The notes under the pieces were generated by a model, which ran no database searches, was not told the DNA's origin, and saw only the letters and a program-made list of their open reading frames with translations. The translations under genes and the position numbers were made by a program. Shown here in pieces: positions 41,900 to 57,448 of a stretch of DNA of 64,000 nucleotides (position 1 is the first letter of the stretch; every line of letters begins with the position of its first letter). The DNA is taken from the NCBI GenBank assembly GCA_964016885.1, contig OZ024745.1, positions 62,930,001-62,994,000 on the forward strand, read 5' to 3'. This stretch comes from Eledone cirrhosa. Taxonomy: Eukaryota.

Positions 41900-41966
41900 T
41901 AAAATCAAGCACCAGTAATGCACTGGAATAATTGCTGGCCTTATGCCAAAAGTAGAAACAATTATT
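41900..41966 (+). mobile_element. SINE 3' fragment
   Basis: ACCAGTAATGCACTGGAATAATTGCTGGCCTTATGCCAAAAGTAGAAAC. Confidence 0.75.
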
Positions 41967-44437
41967 GGAATAAAGCCGACACTAAGTAGAGGTTGGATAT
42001 CGATGATTAAATCAACAACAATTTAAATGTATTTCTTTTATCAACATAGACAGTGGATTGAGCATGTATATGCCGCCTGTTTTGGACTATCAATACAAAG
42101 GGATGTTATTAATAGTTGCGACATTTGCTTGACTTAGTATTGATTCTATCTTCGACTAGAATTGAGTGAAACGTCCTTCCTATATCTAACACGCAACTAG
42201 GAATAATAATAATTTCTTACATTGGAAATGTTCAAAACATTAGAGGATGAGTGTAACGGGGAGAAGTGAACTAGTACTAAACTGGTACTTACATTGGCGA
42301 CTCTGATAAAATTAAAGGATAATTCGAAAATGTTAGATTTTGAAGTTAAAAAGTAATGCGTGGCTGCTCAGTTTATTAGTAATAGCAGACAAGTCTCTCG
42401 CAGTTCAAACTCTTCTTAGTAACGAAAACATTAACAATACCAAACATTAGATTACCAAATGAGTTGAAACCTACATATATAAAATACTTAGACAAAGGTT
42501 ATCATAAATAAAAGCAACTTTCTATTGAAAAGGATTAAATTAATTAGATTCCCTTCTGAGCCAAAACTAATAGATTTGTAGAGGACTTCACTACAATAGA
42601 CAATAGTATACTGTCTGTACTTAGAAATCCATTTTACAACCACGTGTCTCTAGGTTCGTTTCCAATGCGTTTGAACATGGAGAAATATATTCTAACACAG
42701 CATCCGGATGGAAGGCGAAACTTGTTCAGAAGTTCGTCATATACATACACACGAACACACAAATATACTTGTGTGTGTGTGTGTGTGTGCATTAGTGCTT
42801 TTAGAGTATGCTGATTTGTATTTTTATTTATATGTTTGACACGATACCAACAAGTTAAACTAAAGAGTGCTCAGTTGAAAAAACGTGAAACAAATATAGA
42901 TCGATAAATTTATGAAACTGAAAAAACATGAAGCAATCGATATAATCAAATAAAACCGTAAAGGCCTATGACCCAGTCAATCATCGACTCTAGCAAAGGA
43001 ATGAGATGTCCTGTACACACGTAACACTCAGACCCAACAGAGACCAAACACAGCTATATGCACACACATGCTCACATACATACACACACATATATATGTA
43101 TGTAATTTTCGTACTATTGAAGCAGCTGAGAAGGAGAAAAGTAGTGTGTAGGACTAAAGGTAGTAGTTATTCAAGAATCGTCATCTGCACGGATGGACGA
43201 CAAGTATACAAATTCAGGGCCCCCTGTCCCACATTGATGCTATCATTAGGGCAACACTAGTAGATGGAAAATATTGTAGTGAATTAATACCTTCACGAAT
43301 TAATTACAATACTTCGCAATCTCAAATCAAATTCTAGCATCGTTGACTTTATTTGTATTACTATATGAGCTGATAATATATATGTTCTGGTAATATACGA
43401 ATATCGGTTAAATCTATAATAATATTTTTATAATAACTTAGGGCATTGGCCGGAAGACAGACTTAACTAAAATTACTTTTTTCCTGTATATCACTAATGC
43501 ATACGTATTCGTGTATGAAAGCAAAGAAATAAGAATTTTCTACCCATCAAAATGATAGGCGCTTTTGTAAGTTTCCTTGTCACGTAACTCTTAGGAGCTC
43601 CAGTGCAGGTTTAATATTATCGGTATTGCAGTGGAAAGAAGCAACTTTGAAGGGACCTTCAACATTATACTATTGATGAGTGTTATTTGTGCATTATTTT
43701 TTCGGGAGAACAAATCTATTTAGCTGTTCTCCTGAAGCAATGGAACTCGTCACCGGTAAGTACGTAATGATTTGATATATATTTTAAGCCACAATTAAAT
43801 TGTATATTTACATGTGGATAACAAGGAAATATTCATACTCGCGTAATGCATGTATATTTACCTATCCAAACGCACACCCGCACATAGTCGCACGTATAAA
43901 CACACACACGGAAACAGACAAACACACACGCATACACGCACAAACATTAAAACAAAAACACATAAATAGACGCACGATCATATGTATCTGTTTTTCTGTA
44001 TATGTGTGCATTTGTGAATATAACTACACACAAATGAGATCATAAATTAAATGTTTGCCCTTTAAGCAGGAGATGCGTGGTTCATATAGTTTTATTTATC
44101 TTAGAATACACTTATATACCAGTACACCCTCACAATAAGGAGAAGGAAGAGAGAAGGAAAGAGAGAATGAATGGGTGAAAGGTATTGGCTGATACAAAGA
44201 TCGATCGATGGATATATATATATATAGATAGATAGATAGGTGCGTGTGTATGCGGGTGTATTGTATTCGAACAAGTAAACATATACAGTAAATTATAGGT
44301 GCCGTGTCCGGTTCAGAGTTGTATGAATAAACCTTAATTTTTGTTAATATTACACAACGCTGTTTGAAATTTATCATAATGCAAAGGTGAATATATCGGA
44401 TATATATCAGGTATGTTAAATGACTCTACAAAGTTGT

Positions 44438-44542
<105 letters not shown>

Positions 44543-44668
44543 AGGTAAACAGAAATAACAACACAACACTATATATTTATATATATGACTGTATGCACAC
44601 ACATGTATATGCGTGTGCGCGTATGTATGTATAGTTATGTATGTGTACGTTTAGAGAGAGAGAGAGAG

Positions 44669-44746
<78 letters not shown>

Positions 44747-45435
44747 GTTTGTACATATAAATAAGTCGAAAATATAATAAGGAAATATTCGTAATATTCA
44801 TGTTTTGATACAAGCGCGGAAGTGGGAATATATATTAAAAAAACATGACCAGGAACAAGGTAAACATTAAAAACAATTTGAAATGAAATTTAAAACGAAA
44901 CGAGAAAATTTGTTCTTACCATGAATTCGATAGGTATATACATATGGTCTAGTTATATTAGTCGGAGTCTGTATTAATGACCCCTGGCATAGATCAATCA
45001 CATTTCTAATTGCAATCTATTAATCGGACCAAAACTGAGAAAGTAAAATTGTGAGACCGAATGCAGACGACAATTAATTTTACGTAGGAGGAAGAAGCAT
45101 CAGATTTCTTCCTCGTTTGACTCCTCCCCCTCTACTTTCTCCACCTCATTCGTTTTCCTCTCAATATTTCAGTCTCTCTGTCTCTCCCACTCTTCCCCCT
45201 CTCTCTCTCTCTATTTATATATCCTTTACTTTTACCGCTTTACAATTCATAGACTTTTATTCATTTATCGTCAGTCCATCGCTCTCTCTATCTCTCGCTC
45301 TCTTACTCACCCTTCCCGCTCTCTTACTGTCTTACTCTCTCTCTCTCTCTCTCAATTTCTAATTCTATACATATCGATATCCCTAGCTTCCTTCTACTGC
45401 GCATGTCTCCAACGTAGATAGCATTCATATTCAGC

Positions 45436-45515
45436 ATGCGATTGCGATCGCTTCTTTTTATATATTTATTTATTTGTATTTTCACCACACATGAAATGCC
45501 ACTTACCTTAGCCAG
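45436..45515 (+). CDS. Candidate signal-peptide first exon
   Basis: MRLRSLLFIYLFICIFTTHEMPLTLA followed by CAG|GTAATC, downstream of a CT-rich tract. Confidence 0.2.
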
Positions 45516-45778
45516 GTAATCATCCGTACATAAGAAAAGATAAAGAAGAAGGAAAATATAATGAAAACGAAAGAAGAAAATGAAGGAATGCTTAAGATAT
45601 GATGAACGAATTACCTTTACAATGAATTAGTATCTTCGAAGTAATTTTTAGATATTTTAAGTGACAAATTGAAAAAATATATCAACAAATTAATGAACAT
45701 ACATACATGGATACATACATATATACATACATACTTATATACATATATACATGTATATACATACAAACATACATAAAT

Positions 45779-45844
<66 letters not shown>

Positions 45845-45847
45845 ATT

Positions 45848-45931
<84 letters not shown>

Positions 45932-45934
45932 GTA

Positions 45935-46068
45935 TAACAAAGGAAATGTGGTAAGGAACCAGATGGACCATAACGCACCAGAGTACTCAATACTTAGGGT
46001 AGTAGAGTGGGAAATAGGAAAAAGTATGACCCCGACGGTAGAGCTCAAGCCGTTTCGACGGCTATTTC

Positions 46069-46072
<4 letters not shown>
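45935..46072 (-). mobile_element. Family B copy with very short inverted end
   Basis: Tail plus GACCCCGACGGTAGAGCTCAAGCCGTTTCGACGGCTATTTCCTAT. Confidence 0.8.
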
Positions 46073-46132
<60 letters not shown>

Positions 46133-46509
46133 AACGTACATACATACATACATACATACATACAAACATATATATACATAAATGCATACATAATATATAC
46201 ACGCATACATACATATATACAAACGTACATACATATATACAAACATACACGAACATACATACATATATACATTATAGTACATACTTACATAGCTATATAA
46301 ACAAACCGAATATAGGTAAATACATAAATAGAAAGGCTGATAAATGTATATCTCTGTATAAAATAACAAAAACAATATCTGTTGGGTTTTCTATATGTAT
46401 GTAGTAGTGTCGTGTTTATATGTCTCAGTTGAATTGTACTCATTATTCGGTGATGTGTCGGGTTGCAGTAGTGTGTATATACACAAATATATATACATAC
46501 AATATATCT

Positions 46510-46652
46510 ATCTAGGGCGGGTAAAATTCCCGCGACCATGGGCGAGTTCTCTCCAGCGGTCCCCGTTCTCCATCATCGCCTCAATGTCCTGAGTCTCCCA
46601 GAGATTAGTCTCTGTCCTTAGGGAATCAATATATGTCAACCTCGGTCTCCCT
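46510..46652 (-). mobile_element. RTE-like LINE 3' end, same family as 60425
   Basis: [15 protein letters not shown]...[15 protein letters not shown]. Confidence 0.8.
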
Positions 46653-46668
46653 ATACATACACACACAC

Positions 46669-46730
<62 letters not shown>

Positions 46731-46788
46731 GCATATGTGTGTGTACATATATATATATATATACATATATATATATGTACATATATAA

Positions 46789-46834
<46 letters not shown>

Positions 46835-46881
46835 GTATATACATATATATATATATACATACATATATATGTATATAGATA

Positions 46882-46967
<86 letters not shown>

Positions 46968-47468
46968 ACAAACCTTTGTAATCTTGCTCACGTAAATCAT
47001 CCCATCATTTAATTTAGTACATGCAGTTTTTTTACACTCTTTTTTCTTGTTTGTATACACGTGCTTATAGATAAACTCACAAAAATCCTGTCACACAGGC
47101 TTCTGCCTTCAGAATTATCCATTTTTTCTGTCTTAAGGTATTATATATAAACGAGTATCGTTGCAGCAGTGGTTGATAAATGATATGTTGTTTTGAAAAA
47201 AAACACCTTTTGCATTGACATATCTGAAGTTTTTTGGTTCTAGTCAACGAAGTGCGATATTTCCTCACAGTTGTGATTCGCTCATGTGAATAAGAACCAT
47301 GTTACGATAATTATGGGATTTGAATAATTCAATTACTAAATCATGTAAGTTAAGTAAAGGGACACAACTCAATAGGCTGGTAAAATAGAAACATAAACAC
47401 TGCTACTGACGCAACCGCGCGCACGCACACACACACACACACACACACACGCATATATATATACACTC

Positions 47469-47522
<54 letters not shown>

Positions 47523-47681
47523 GACGGGCTTCCGCTCCTAAATATAGAACGTTCTTCATCTAGGCACCATACACGTAGTACAGATGACCAACAATTAATC
47601 GAACTTGTAATTTCGCGATCTCCATAACAAGTTGCGAGACACACACAATATTATAACTGAGCAGATATGTATATATTCACT

Positions 47682-47736
<55 letters not shown>

Positions 47737-47739
<3 letters not shown>

Positions 47740-47956
47740 TGTACTTGAGCAAGAGACTTACTTTGTTGTACGTTGCTCCAGTTTACTCAGCTGTAGAAAT
47801 TTGTTGGGATGTCACTGGTGCCAAGCTTTATCGGCTTAAACCTATTCTTTGGACACCATTGATGACGTGGAGACTTGTGTTCAAATGGTGAATTCTGGTC
47901 TTCCACAAACAAGCTTTCCCGGTCAATCGTGCCCAAAGGTGGTCTTTACACTTTCC

Positions 47957-47960
<4 letters not shown>
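47737..47960 (+). mobile_element. SINE-like fragment of a second family
   Basis: CTTGAGCAAGA(G)ACTT...TTGCTCCAGTTTACTCAGCTG resembles conserved SINE core domains. Confidence 0.45.
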
Positions 47961-48047
<87 letters not shown>

Positions 48048-48052
<5 letters not shown>

Positions 48053-48256
48053 GTAGAACACTGGAAGGTAATGTCTGTAGTGGTAGAGCACTCAGTCCAT
48101 GGGACGAGTTAGGTAGAAGTCGTTACACAACAGTTAGTTCACCATACCGAGAACAATTGTTTCACTTTAGCGGATCCTCAGCTCGTAATACGAGCTGAGG
48201 ATCTGCTAAGATGAAACAATTGTTCTCGGTATGGTGAACTAACTGTTGTGTAACCA

Positions 48257-48260
<4 letters not shown>
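48048..48260. mobile_element. Family C fold-back element, arms 48122-48187 / 48188-48254
   Basis: Near-perfect ~130 bp palindrome between long (TA)n tracts. Confidence 0.85.
48191..48228 (+). ncRNA. Minimal hammerhead motif, family C (partner on minus 48148-48185)
   Basis: CGAG CTGAGGA TCT-GCTA-AGA-T GAA AC AATT GT T CTCG. Confidence 0.7.
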
Positions 48261-48331
<71 letters not shown>

Positions 48332-50844
48332 ATATATATTTATATCTATGTATGTGTGTGTGTGCGTGTGTCTTATCACGAACATTCTTATATACATAAT
48401 GGAAAATGTGGTTTATGACAAGAAGCAATTTGAACAACAATGGGAGGTGTTTTAACGTAATTGATAATTAATGTGTTGACTAGATCAATATTGTAATTAA
48501 TAAATTGCATAAACATTTCCATGCCATTCTTTATGTTAGGCAATCTTTTTCGGTGTTGTGTCTTGATTTCTGCATTTTTAAAAATAAAATCTTGGAAATA
48601 TTAATTGAATTATAGGCGGTGGTAATGGCGGAGATATTTTGCCTCACAGTAAACATGAATATATTACGTTTTTACAAATACCTCATGTGAATCGGAGAAA
48701 ACTAAGGAGCATTATTGAAAATATAATTGCTGTGATTTTTCTAACAAAAACCATCACGATCGCTGGCAGATATACTAAGAGAAAATACACCATCTTTTTA
48801 AATGAAAGGTTCCCAAGAAGACAATGGAAAAAATGCATGTGTCAGCGTGAATCAACCTGGACAGCACAGCAGTGTACTGCTATATTGAATGATAAGAAGG
48901 TGAAGTTAATGCATGCCAGTTGTCGAATTAAAATATGGTTTCTTGAAACTTGCAAAGGAAGGACAACATTTTCACAATAATTTGAACATTCTAAATTATC
49001 ACCATTTCAGTAAACAGTTCTTTTAGTGAGAATTCGTTGTATACGGACCAACTGCACAGCATGCACAGCATGCACAGCATCTATATAGCTTGAAAAATGT
49101 TATAGACAATTAAATTTCAGTGAGAAATTTCATAGGAGAGTGTACGTGAGATCTTCATAGCATCCCTTGTATGTTGCTATTTTTTCAATTTGTACAGATA
49201 TCAACCATTTCTATTAAAGTTTTCACATTGGTTAAATAAGGCAACGGGATAATAGAATCTGGTGATCCCACATTACAAAATTCAAAGTACATCATTGATC
49301 AATTATGGAGAGTTATCTACACACTGAGAGAAATGGAAAGCTAAAATGTAAAAAGCAGAACATGTTTCTATGGTAATTGTTGCATTAGATAATTCTACAT
49401 TTTGCAGAGGGTGACCAATTTAAAAGGATGACGAAAGTTGCTTTTATTACATTGCCAGCAACAATGGCCTCTAATGAGAGTAGCGTCAGTGTATTGAAAC
49501 GTAATAAGTTGCACGTTTTGTCCACAGTAGTGCAGGACATTTTAAATGGTTTATCAAATAGGAACGTCAATAGTAACAAAGCACATTACTTAATTTTTCT
49601 AGTATAATTATTGAGTTTGTCCTAAGAAAAGCAGAAAAAGTTAATTAGTTATAATAACGTTAGATTATTCTATGATACTGACAATATATTAAATATTTAC
49701 CTTATTTGAGTAACATGCATTAATGATGTGAATTTTATGATCCTTGTGCCAATTTCTATGCTCGGTGCACAATGTTCACATCAAAGATCGAATCAAACAG
49801 GTTCAATATGTTGAAATGAAATAATAAAAATTGTAATTAAATTGACATTTGTAGCAATGGATTACAGCTTCAGCTTTATCTTGACCGCTATTTACATAAA
49901 GGTATGTCTAGCTTCGTACATTACATATAAGCTTTCCACATTGTTATATGTATGAACCTATTTTATATCCCTCGTTGCGTGTGTTTCTTTAAATGTGTTG
50001 TGATATTCTATCATTTGATGCCTCGTACGCCAGCCATGCAGCGTTCCTAAGCTTTCAGCTATTCCATCATCTTCGGATATGTTGCAGATTTACACCTGTC
50101 TGCCTGCTTCTTGTTTAGTATGGTTTTATGTTTAAACTTATCTTTGAGCCAGAATTGGATGTTGATATCAGAACATCCATGACGATGTCTTGGTACTATT
50201 TTACTCTACAGAAAATTTTGCGTTCAATTTATCTGCACTAAAATAGAACATTCGTTCAAATAAAACGGCCAGGTATTATATGCTTCTCTTTACTTTGAAG
50301 CAGAGGCACTTTTACGTTGAAAACTAAAACCTTTCATAGGTAATGTTCAATTTTTTATTCATTTCGTTTATGACACACAAACATTTTCCGTGAAGCAGCG
50401 TTGGTCGGTACTGATTTAAGTAGGAATTACTTCACCATTTTATTCAGAAAATATCACACAGATGACAAAACATTTCTTTTTCCACTGTTAGAAAGTCTCC
50501 AGTTCCAATTGAAATATAGAGGAAAGTATAATTCTTTTATATTCCAGGTGGCCAAGTGTGTAGTCAAAATGTGTGAGACGGACTGTTTGAATCTTTCGGA
50601 GAGAAATTTGGTAGAGGAAATCTGTACTATACTAGTTTAGTATCCGTCGGAATGATAGGACTTATAACAATAAACGACTTATTAATTCCTTGATTGTCAT
50701 ATTCTGTGTAAATATGACTAGCTCCCTGTCGTTGTTCCAGCCTCCAAATAAGACTCTTACATTCATTTAATTCAGTTACAATAATGTTCCTCCTTATTTT
50801 CACACAATTATGAAACACATATCGACTAAATAATGATGGTTTGA

Positions 50845-50935
<91 letters not shown>

Positions 50936-50944
50936 TATAAACTA

Positions 50945-51530
50945 GCCAGTCTTTTCCAGAGAACTGTCAGTACAGGGGCCATCGATAACTTCCAGAATCC
51001 CCTGACCTGCCAGTGTTGCAGTTCGAGATAAGTTCTACAGGCATGGAAGTGCCGTCAGCTGGGTCTGCCCGAGATGTGTGGAATCATGCACGCACTCATC
51101 GAGTGTCCGGTTATTGCTGACCTGTGGTTTCATGTAGAACACCTTCTGTCTGGGGCGGATCCAGTTATCAACTGAGACCATTGTGAAGATCGAACCACTG
51201 TCTTTCTTTCGAGGCGAAGGACAGGCAGTTTGTATTTGCCTTGTGACCATGGCAAAAGAAATCATACGATCTAAGCAACGAAATGGTTTGAACATGCCTT
51301 TTCTTCTTCGGCAAACATCTGATTAACCTTTTCATGTTTTACCTGAAGAGGAAAATCAAGATGGAGAGAGAAATGCCACCCTCCAACCAATTTGTTGAAA
51401 GGTGGGAAAGAGAGGTGAGCATGGTCCAAGTGAATGAGCTTACTCTGTGTATGCGACAGTAAATTGGAGAACATCTGAGAGAGAGATCACTTACCTTAGC
51501 GTTCAAGGTTACCATGGTTTTTTTTTTGTG
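50945..51530 (+). mobile_element. L1/Tx1-like LINE ORF2 C-terminal zinc-finger region and 3' end
   Basis: AVRDKFYRHGSAVSWVCPRC../HALIECPVIADLWFHVEHLLS...FVERW. Confidence 0.7.
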
Positions 51531-51879
51531 GGCTTTCAATTATTATTACATATTTAGAGAGATAGCTAGACAAAATGGCAGATAGATGGGTAGGTAGATA
51601 GATGGATAGATAGATAAATGAATAGATAGATACAGTTGAGAAAGAAAGAGGAAAGAAGAAAGATATCAAATGACCATTACCCAAACTTATCTGGAACAAA
51701 GGGTTTGTCATCTTATACTTCTTATGACAACTGTTAGTTTGTGTGTGAGTAATTTAAAACTACTTGTTTAGTAACTTTCTTCCAGCTCATATAATAAGGC
51801 TTCTTTCTGCTTTTGTCCATGAATGTATATATATATATATTTATATATATATAAAGAGAGAGAAAGAGAGAGAGAACAC

Positions 51880-51969
<90 letters not shown>

Positions 51970-52204
51970 TATCTCCTAATTCTAACTCTATCTTCTGATA
52001 AAGGACTAGTTTTCGAAACGTTACAACTCTATTTCAAGAGTTAAACATATATATTTGTCCATGTAGTCTATCGTTTGTTTTGTTATTTTTGTTATTACTT
52101 CTACATACAGACACACACACACACACACACATAAACACACATATATATACATATGTGTGTATATACACACACACACACACACATATATATATGTATATAT
52201 ATAT

Positions 52205-52235
<31 letters not shown>

Positions 52236-52237
<2 letters not shown>

Positions 52238-52420
52238 GAAGAGCTTCTACAGGACTAGAACTTTGATTCTTGAGAAATGACCACGAAGCTTCCTGATGAT
52301 TTCTCACGAATGAAACAGTTCTAGTCCTGTAGAAGTTCTTCTATATTAAAACATTTATACGCTGCTATGGATTGAGTACCTTATTTACTGTGGTTACCTC
52401 TGATTCAACCCGGAATAACT
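52236..52420. mobile_element. Family A fold-back; HHR on + at 52287-52337, degraded inverted arm 52236-52290
   Basis: AGCTTC CTGATGA T-TTC-TCAC-GAA-T GAA ACAG ttctagtc CTGT A GAAGTT. Confidence 0.82.
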
Positions 52421-52439
52421 TATATATATATATATATAT

Positions 52440-52827
52440 ATAAACGTTTGTATATGTATAATAAAGCCGAAACAATGCAGGTATGGACATAGAATAAAGG
52501 ATATTGTTGACAATTAGTCTTTTACCTTAGATTTATTTAAATGTCCTTAATTTTCGAGATAATATCTCTTCTTCGGAGGGAAGTAAAGCGGTTAAACCTA
52601 TACCATTTCCTGTCACCATGACTTGGGAAGCTATTTAGAACACTGGTTTAACCGTTTAACCGCTTTACCTCCCTCCGAAGAAGAGATATTATCTCGAAAA
52701 TTAAGGACATTTAAATAAATCTAAGGTAAAAGACTAATTGTCAATAATATCTTTTGCATTTGCATTCTTTATTCTATGTCCATACCTGCATTCTTTTGGC
52801 TTTACTATACATATACAAACGTTTATA
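52440..52827. mobile_element. Family D fold-back, arms ~52440-52598 / 52645-52827, with an HHR-like motif at 52672-52706
   Basis: Long inverted repeat. Motif CCT CCGAAGA A GAGAT att ATCTC GAAA AT TA AGG is present on both strands. Confidence 0.75.
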
Positions 52828-52864
52828 CCTCATTACACAATGCTTCAAGTGAACTATGACCTCC

Positions 52865-52914
<50 letters not shown>

Positions 52915-53374
52915 TTGAACGTCGGTTTATGTGTATATGTATATGTATGTGTATATGTATGAACATTTACGGAATGCATAGGAACCTCCAAACAGATTTT
53001 GTCACATGAGGTAATGTGAAATATTCAAATATAGAAATTCTACAATGTAAATAAATCCCTGATTTAACCATGAGCATATCATGGTCTGATGTATATTTAG
53101 ATCTTCATTATCAAAAGCAATATTTCTGATTCTATCTACAAACACTTTTGCGACTTTCGAATGTTCCGGCAAATATACTTTTATTTTACCGACTTCCACA
53201 ATCAACTTAATCTTTCTTTAACGGATGTTAATGGATACATAAAAAAGCTTATTCTACGAAATTATAATAAACCCACTTTATTTCACACAGCCAGAATCTT
53301 TTACCGTAACTTATCTTATATACCCTCATACATACACACAGATATATATATATATATATATATATATACCCTCA

Positions 53375-54130
53375 TCTATATATATAAAACTGAGGATGTC
53401 TGTCTGTGTGTGTGTGAGTTTGAATCCCTAAAACTCAAGAACCACCCAACCGACTGTTTTCAAACTTTACACATATAATACGTACATTTCAGGGAGTGTT
53501 CTGAGCAAAAGCAATTTCAAATTTTCAATGCCCTAGGGACCGCATTAAGCGATTTAGCGATCTCTCGCTATAATTCTTAGTCTTTCTCTTTTTAGATAGA
53601 TACATACATATAACGTCCCGCCCTTATAATATGTCTGTCTGTCTGCATTACGTCACTTCCCTCAGGATGTCTGTGTCTGTGTGTGTTTGTGTGTGTGTGT
53701 GAGTTTGAATCCCTAAAACTCGAAGTACCCAACCGACTTTTTTCAAACTTTACATGTGTATTACTTATGTTTCAGGGAGTGTTATGCGTATAAAAAATTC
53801 AACTTTTTCATTAGTTGAAAAACTGTATTTTTTCAAGTTTTTAGAGGTTTTTTGAGTCGTTACGTCAGACTTATTTCCTTGAAATTGTAACTATGTATTA
53901 GCCAGTCTCTTCTTCATACCTTGAGCAAAATTCCACTTTTTTATGGTCTAGGGCCCGCATTAGGTGAAAACCTGCATTTTTCCTGCTTCATCGAGACAAA
54001 TCTTAAAGATTATCAAGCCATCAGAGTATTCGGTTTATTTTCTTTACATATTGTCCACGCATGCAGTTTTTCCACGATTGGCAGCCTGCGTTCCAAAATA
54101 ACTTATCCCGTGCAACACCGGGTACTACTA

Positions 54131-54131
<1 letters not shown>
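53375..54131 (+). mobile_element. Non-autonomous Helitron with internal direct repeat
   Basis: A|TCTATATATATAAAACTG start, CCCGTGCAACACCGGG hairpin, CTAG|T end. ~53390-53530 is repeated at ~53664-53810. Confidence 0.85.
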
Positions 54132-54209
<78 letters not shown>

Positions 54210-54236
54210 CTTATATATATATATATATATATATAC

Positions 54237-54308
<72 letters not shown>

Positions 54309-54314
54309 TCATAT

Positions 54315-54396
54315 ATTACGGGGTGAATAAAATAAAATATCAGTAATGCATTGGGGGTAATTGCTGGCCTTGTGCCAACATTAGAAACAGTTATTT
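54315..54396 (+). mobile_element. SINE 3' fragment
   Basis: TTACGGGGT...CAGTAATGCATTGGGGGTAATTGCTGGCCTTGTGCC. Confidence 0.7.
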
Positions 54397-55051
54397 TATT
54401 CGTAGTAGTCCTAACAGGAATTTATTATCCCTTAGCACGTTCTTGAGCTCGGGCAAATATGTCAAAATCTGGTTTTGAATGCGTAAATATAGATAGAATC
54501 ACGAGAGCAGATCGCGCTATAAAGCATTTGGTAAAGTGCAATAAATACCCTGGGGATTTAATAGAAAGACATCAATATTTGGAGGTGATAACCATCTCAA
54601 CATTGTTAAATAAATGTAATAAATATACCAATTGTATAAACGTATAATTGCCTAGTTCATGCAAAACGTTATTAAAAATGTCCTTAAAACCTTTACTAAA
54701 ACATTTCATACCAAGAAAGAACTAATATAGTAACACTACTAGATGTATAATGGTAAATAATTCAAATATATATTTAGCAAACAACCAACATAAGAATCAG
54801 GCAACGTTTATGAAATAATTAGAAGAGACTACAATAGGGCGGCAGGTGCGCTCATGACAGGTAATTTCCAACATTCATGACACAGACTAACAAGTTAGGA
54901 ACAAGACATACAAACACCTAGCAGCTATTTTATTGTCAAAATTATAAATGTGTTTTTTTTTGTGTGCAGGAGTTTCTAATTTTAATAAATATCGTGTGGC
55001 ATATCTTGGTTATTTTACGTTTGAATTTTCATTTAATTTGACATAAAATGC

Positions 55052-55086
<35 letters not shown>

Positions 55087-55169
55087 TATATATGTGTGTG
55101 TTATGTAATTCCAAAGGAAAAGCAAAAAAAAAAAACATAGTGTTCTATGCATAGAACAGAGTTATTTAA

Positions 55170-55462
55170 TTTGAAAGTGAACAACACAAAATTTAACTAC
55201 TCCATTACCAGAGGTTTCTGGATCACAGACGATAATAATATACGCCTGGATCGGTCGTCAGATTCAGATGTTATGGATAAAGGATATGAAATGAAATGAA
55301 ATTTCATATCTTTTAACCACATGAAATGAAATTTCGTTTCATATCTTTTATCCATAACATCTCTATCTGACGACCGATCCAGACGTATATATTATTATCG
55401 TCTGTGATCCAGAAACCTTTGGTAATGGAGTAGCTATATTTTGTGTTGTACACTTTCTAAAT
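55170..55462. mobile_element. Family E fold-back, arms ~55170-55310 / 55321-55462
   Basis: ~140 bp inverted repeat ending in (TA)n. Confidence 0.85.
55361..55430 (+). ncRNA. Hammerhead motif, family E (partner on minus 55200-55268)
   Basis: CTCTAT CTGACGA cc GATC CAGACG..CGTCTG t GATC ca GAA ACC ttt GGT A ATGGAG. Confidence 0.72.
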
Positions 55463-55645
55463 ATATATATATATATAGTTATATTTGTGGGGAGTGATAT
55501 TGTTATAATATTACCAGAAATAATAGTAGTACACACTCACTGTTTGGTTTGGGTTGATTTTCGCTTCTGTATATTTTATATCTCCACAGTTAATTTATCT
55601 GGCAATCAATGTTTATCATTGATTGACAAATGGTTAAAAATACAG

Positions 55646-55693
<48 letters not shown>

Positions 55694-55808
55694 TCTATCA
55701 AAATTCTTTCGTCACACATCTGTGACAGCAGCAGTGGTACTATTATGTTTTCTCGCGTTCTAGTGTAATGCCTACGCCACTTGGCGTAGGCATTACAAAC
55801 ACACACAC

Positions 55809-56782
<974 letters not shown>

Positions 56783-56850
56783 TGAAGAGAGAAGAAACAT
56801 TTAGATATAATAAGTAATAAAATGTATCATACCTAAACTGCTCCTAGATT

Positions 56851-56938
56851 CCTCGACTACGTAGTTTCGTGGCATAAACAAAAACAATACATCATAAAGA
56901 TATAGAGTCCCTGCGAGGTCTGCCGACTTATCACGAGG
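56851..56938 (-). ncRNA. Variant hammerhead motif with long stem II insert, within element 56783-57108 (family H)
   Basis: CCTC GTGATAA GT-c-GGCA...TGCC-AC GAA ACT ACGT AGT C GAGG. Core 3:8 pair is mismatched (G.A). Confidence 0.55.
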
Positions 56939-57107
56939 ATACCTCATTTTACTAGTCTCAAGAACGCGTCTACACGACGTGAGAAAGAATCCCAAAAGGC
57001 GGAGGGGGAGATAGTCATGCGATATAACGGTCGAGAAACAGAGGTAAGCCTCCTATAACCCCGAAGAAAATACCACAGAGGCGGAGGGGGTATTTATATC
57101 GAAGCCG

Positions 57108-57332
<225 letters not shown>

Positions 57333-57416
57333 GTATATATATATATGTATATATATATATGTATATATATATATGTATATATATATATATGTATGTATAC
57401 ATATATATGTATATAC

Positions 57417-57448
<32 letters not shown>

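Noticed and set aside
48500-50450. Possible decayed hAT transposase
   Set aside because: No motif could be reconstructed with confidence by eye.
51990-52030. CTGATAAAG...CGAAACGTT pLTR-like HHR remnant
   Set aside because: Stems I and II are too poor to call; possibly a decayed copy.
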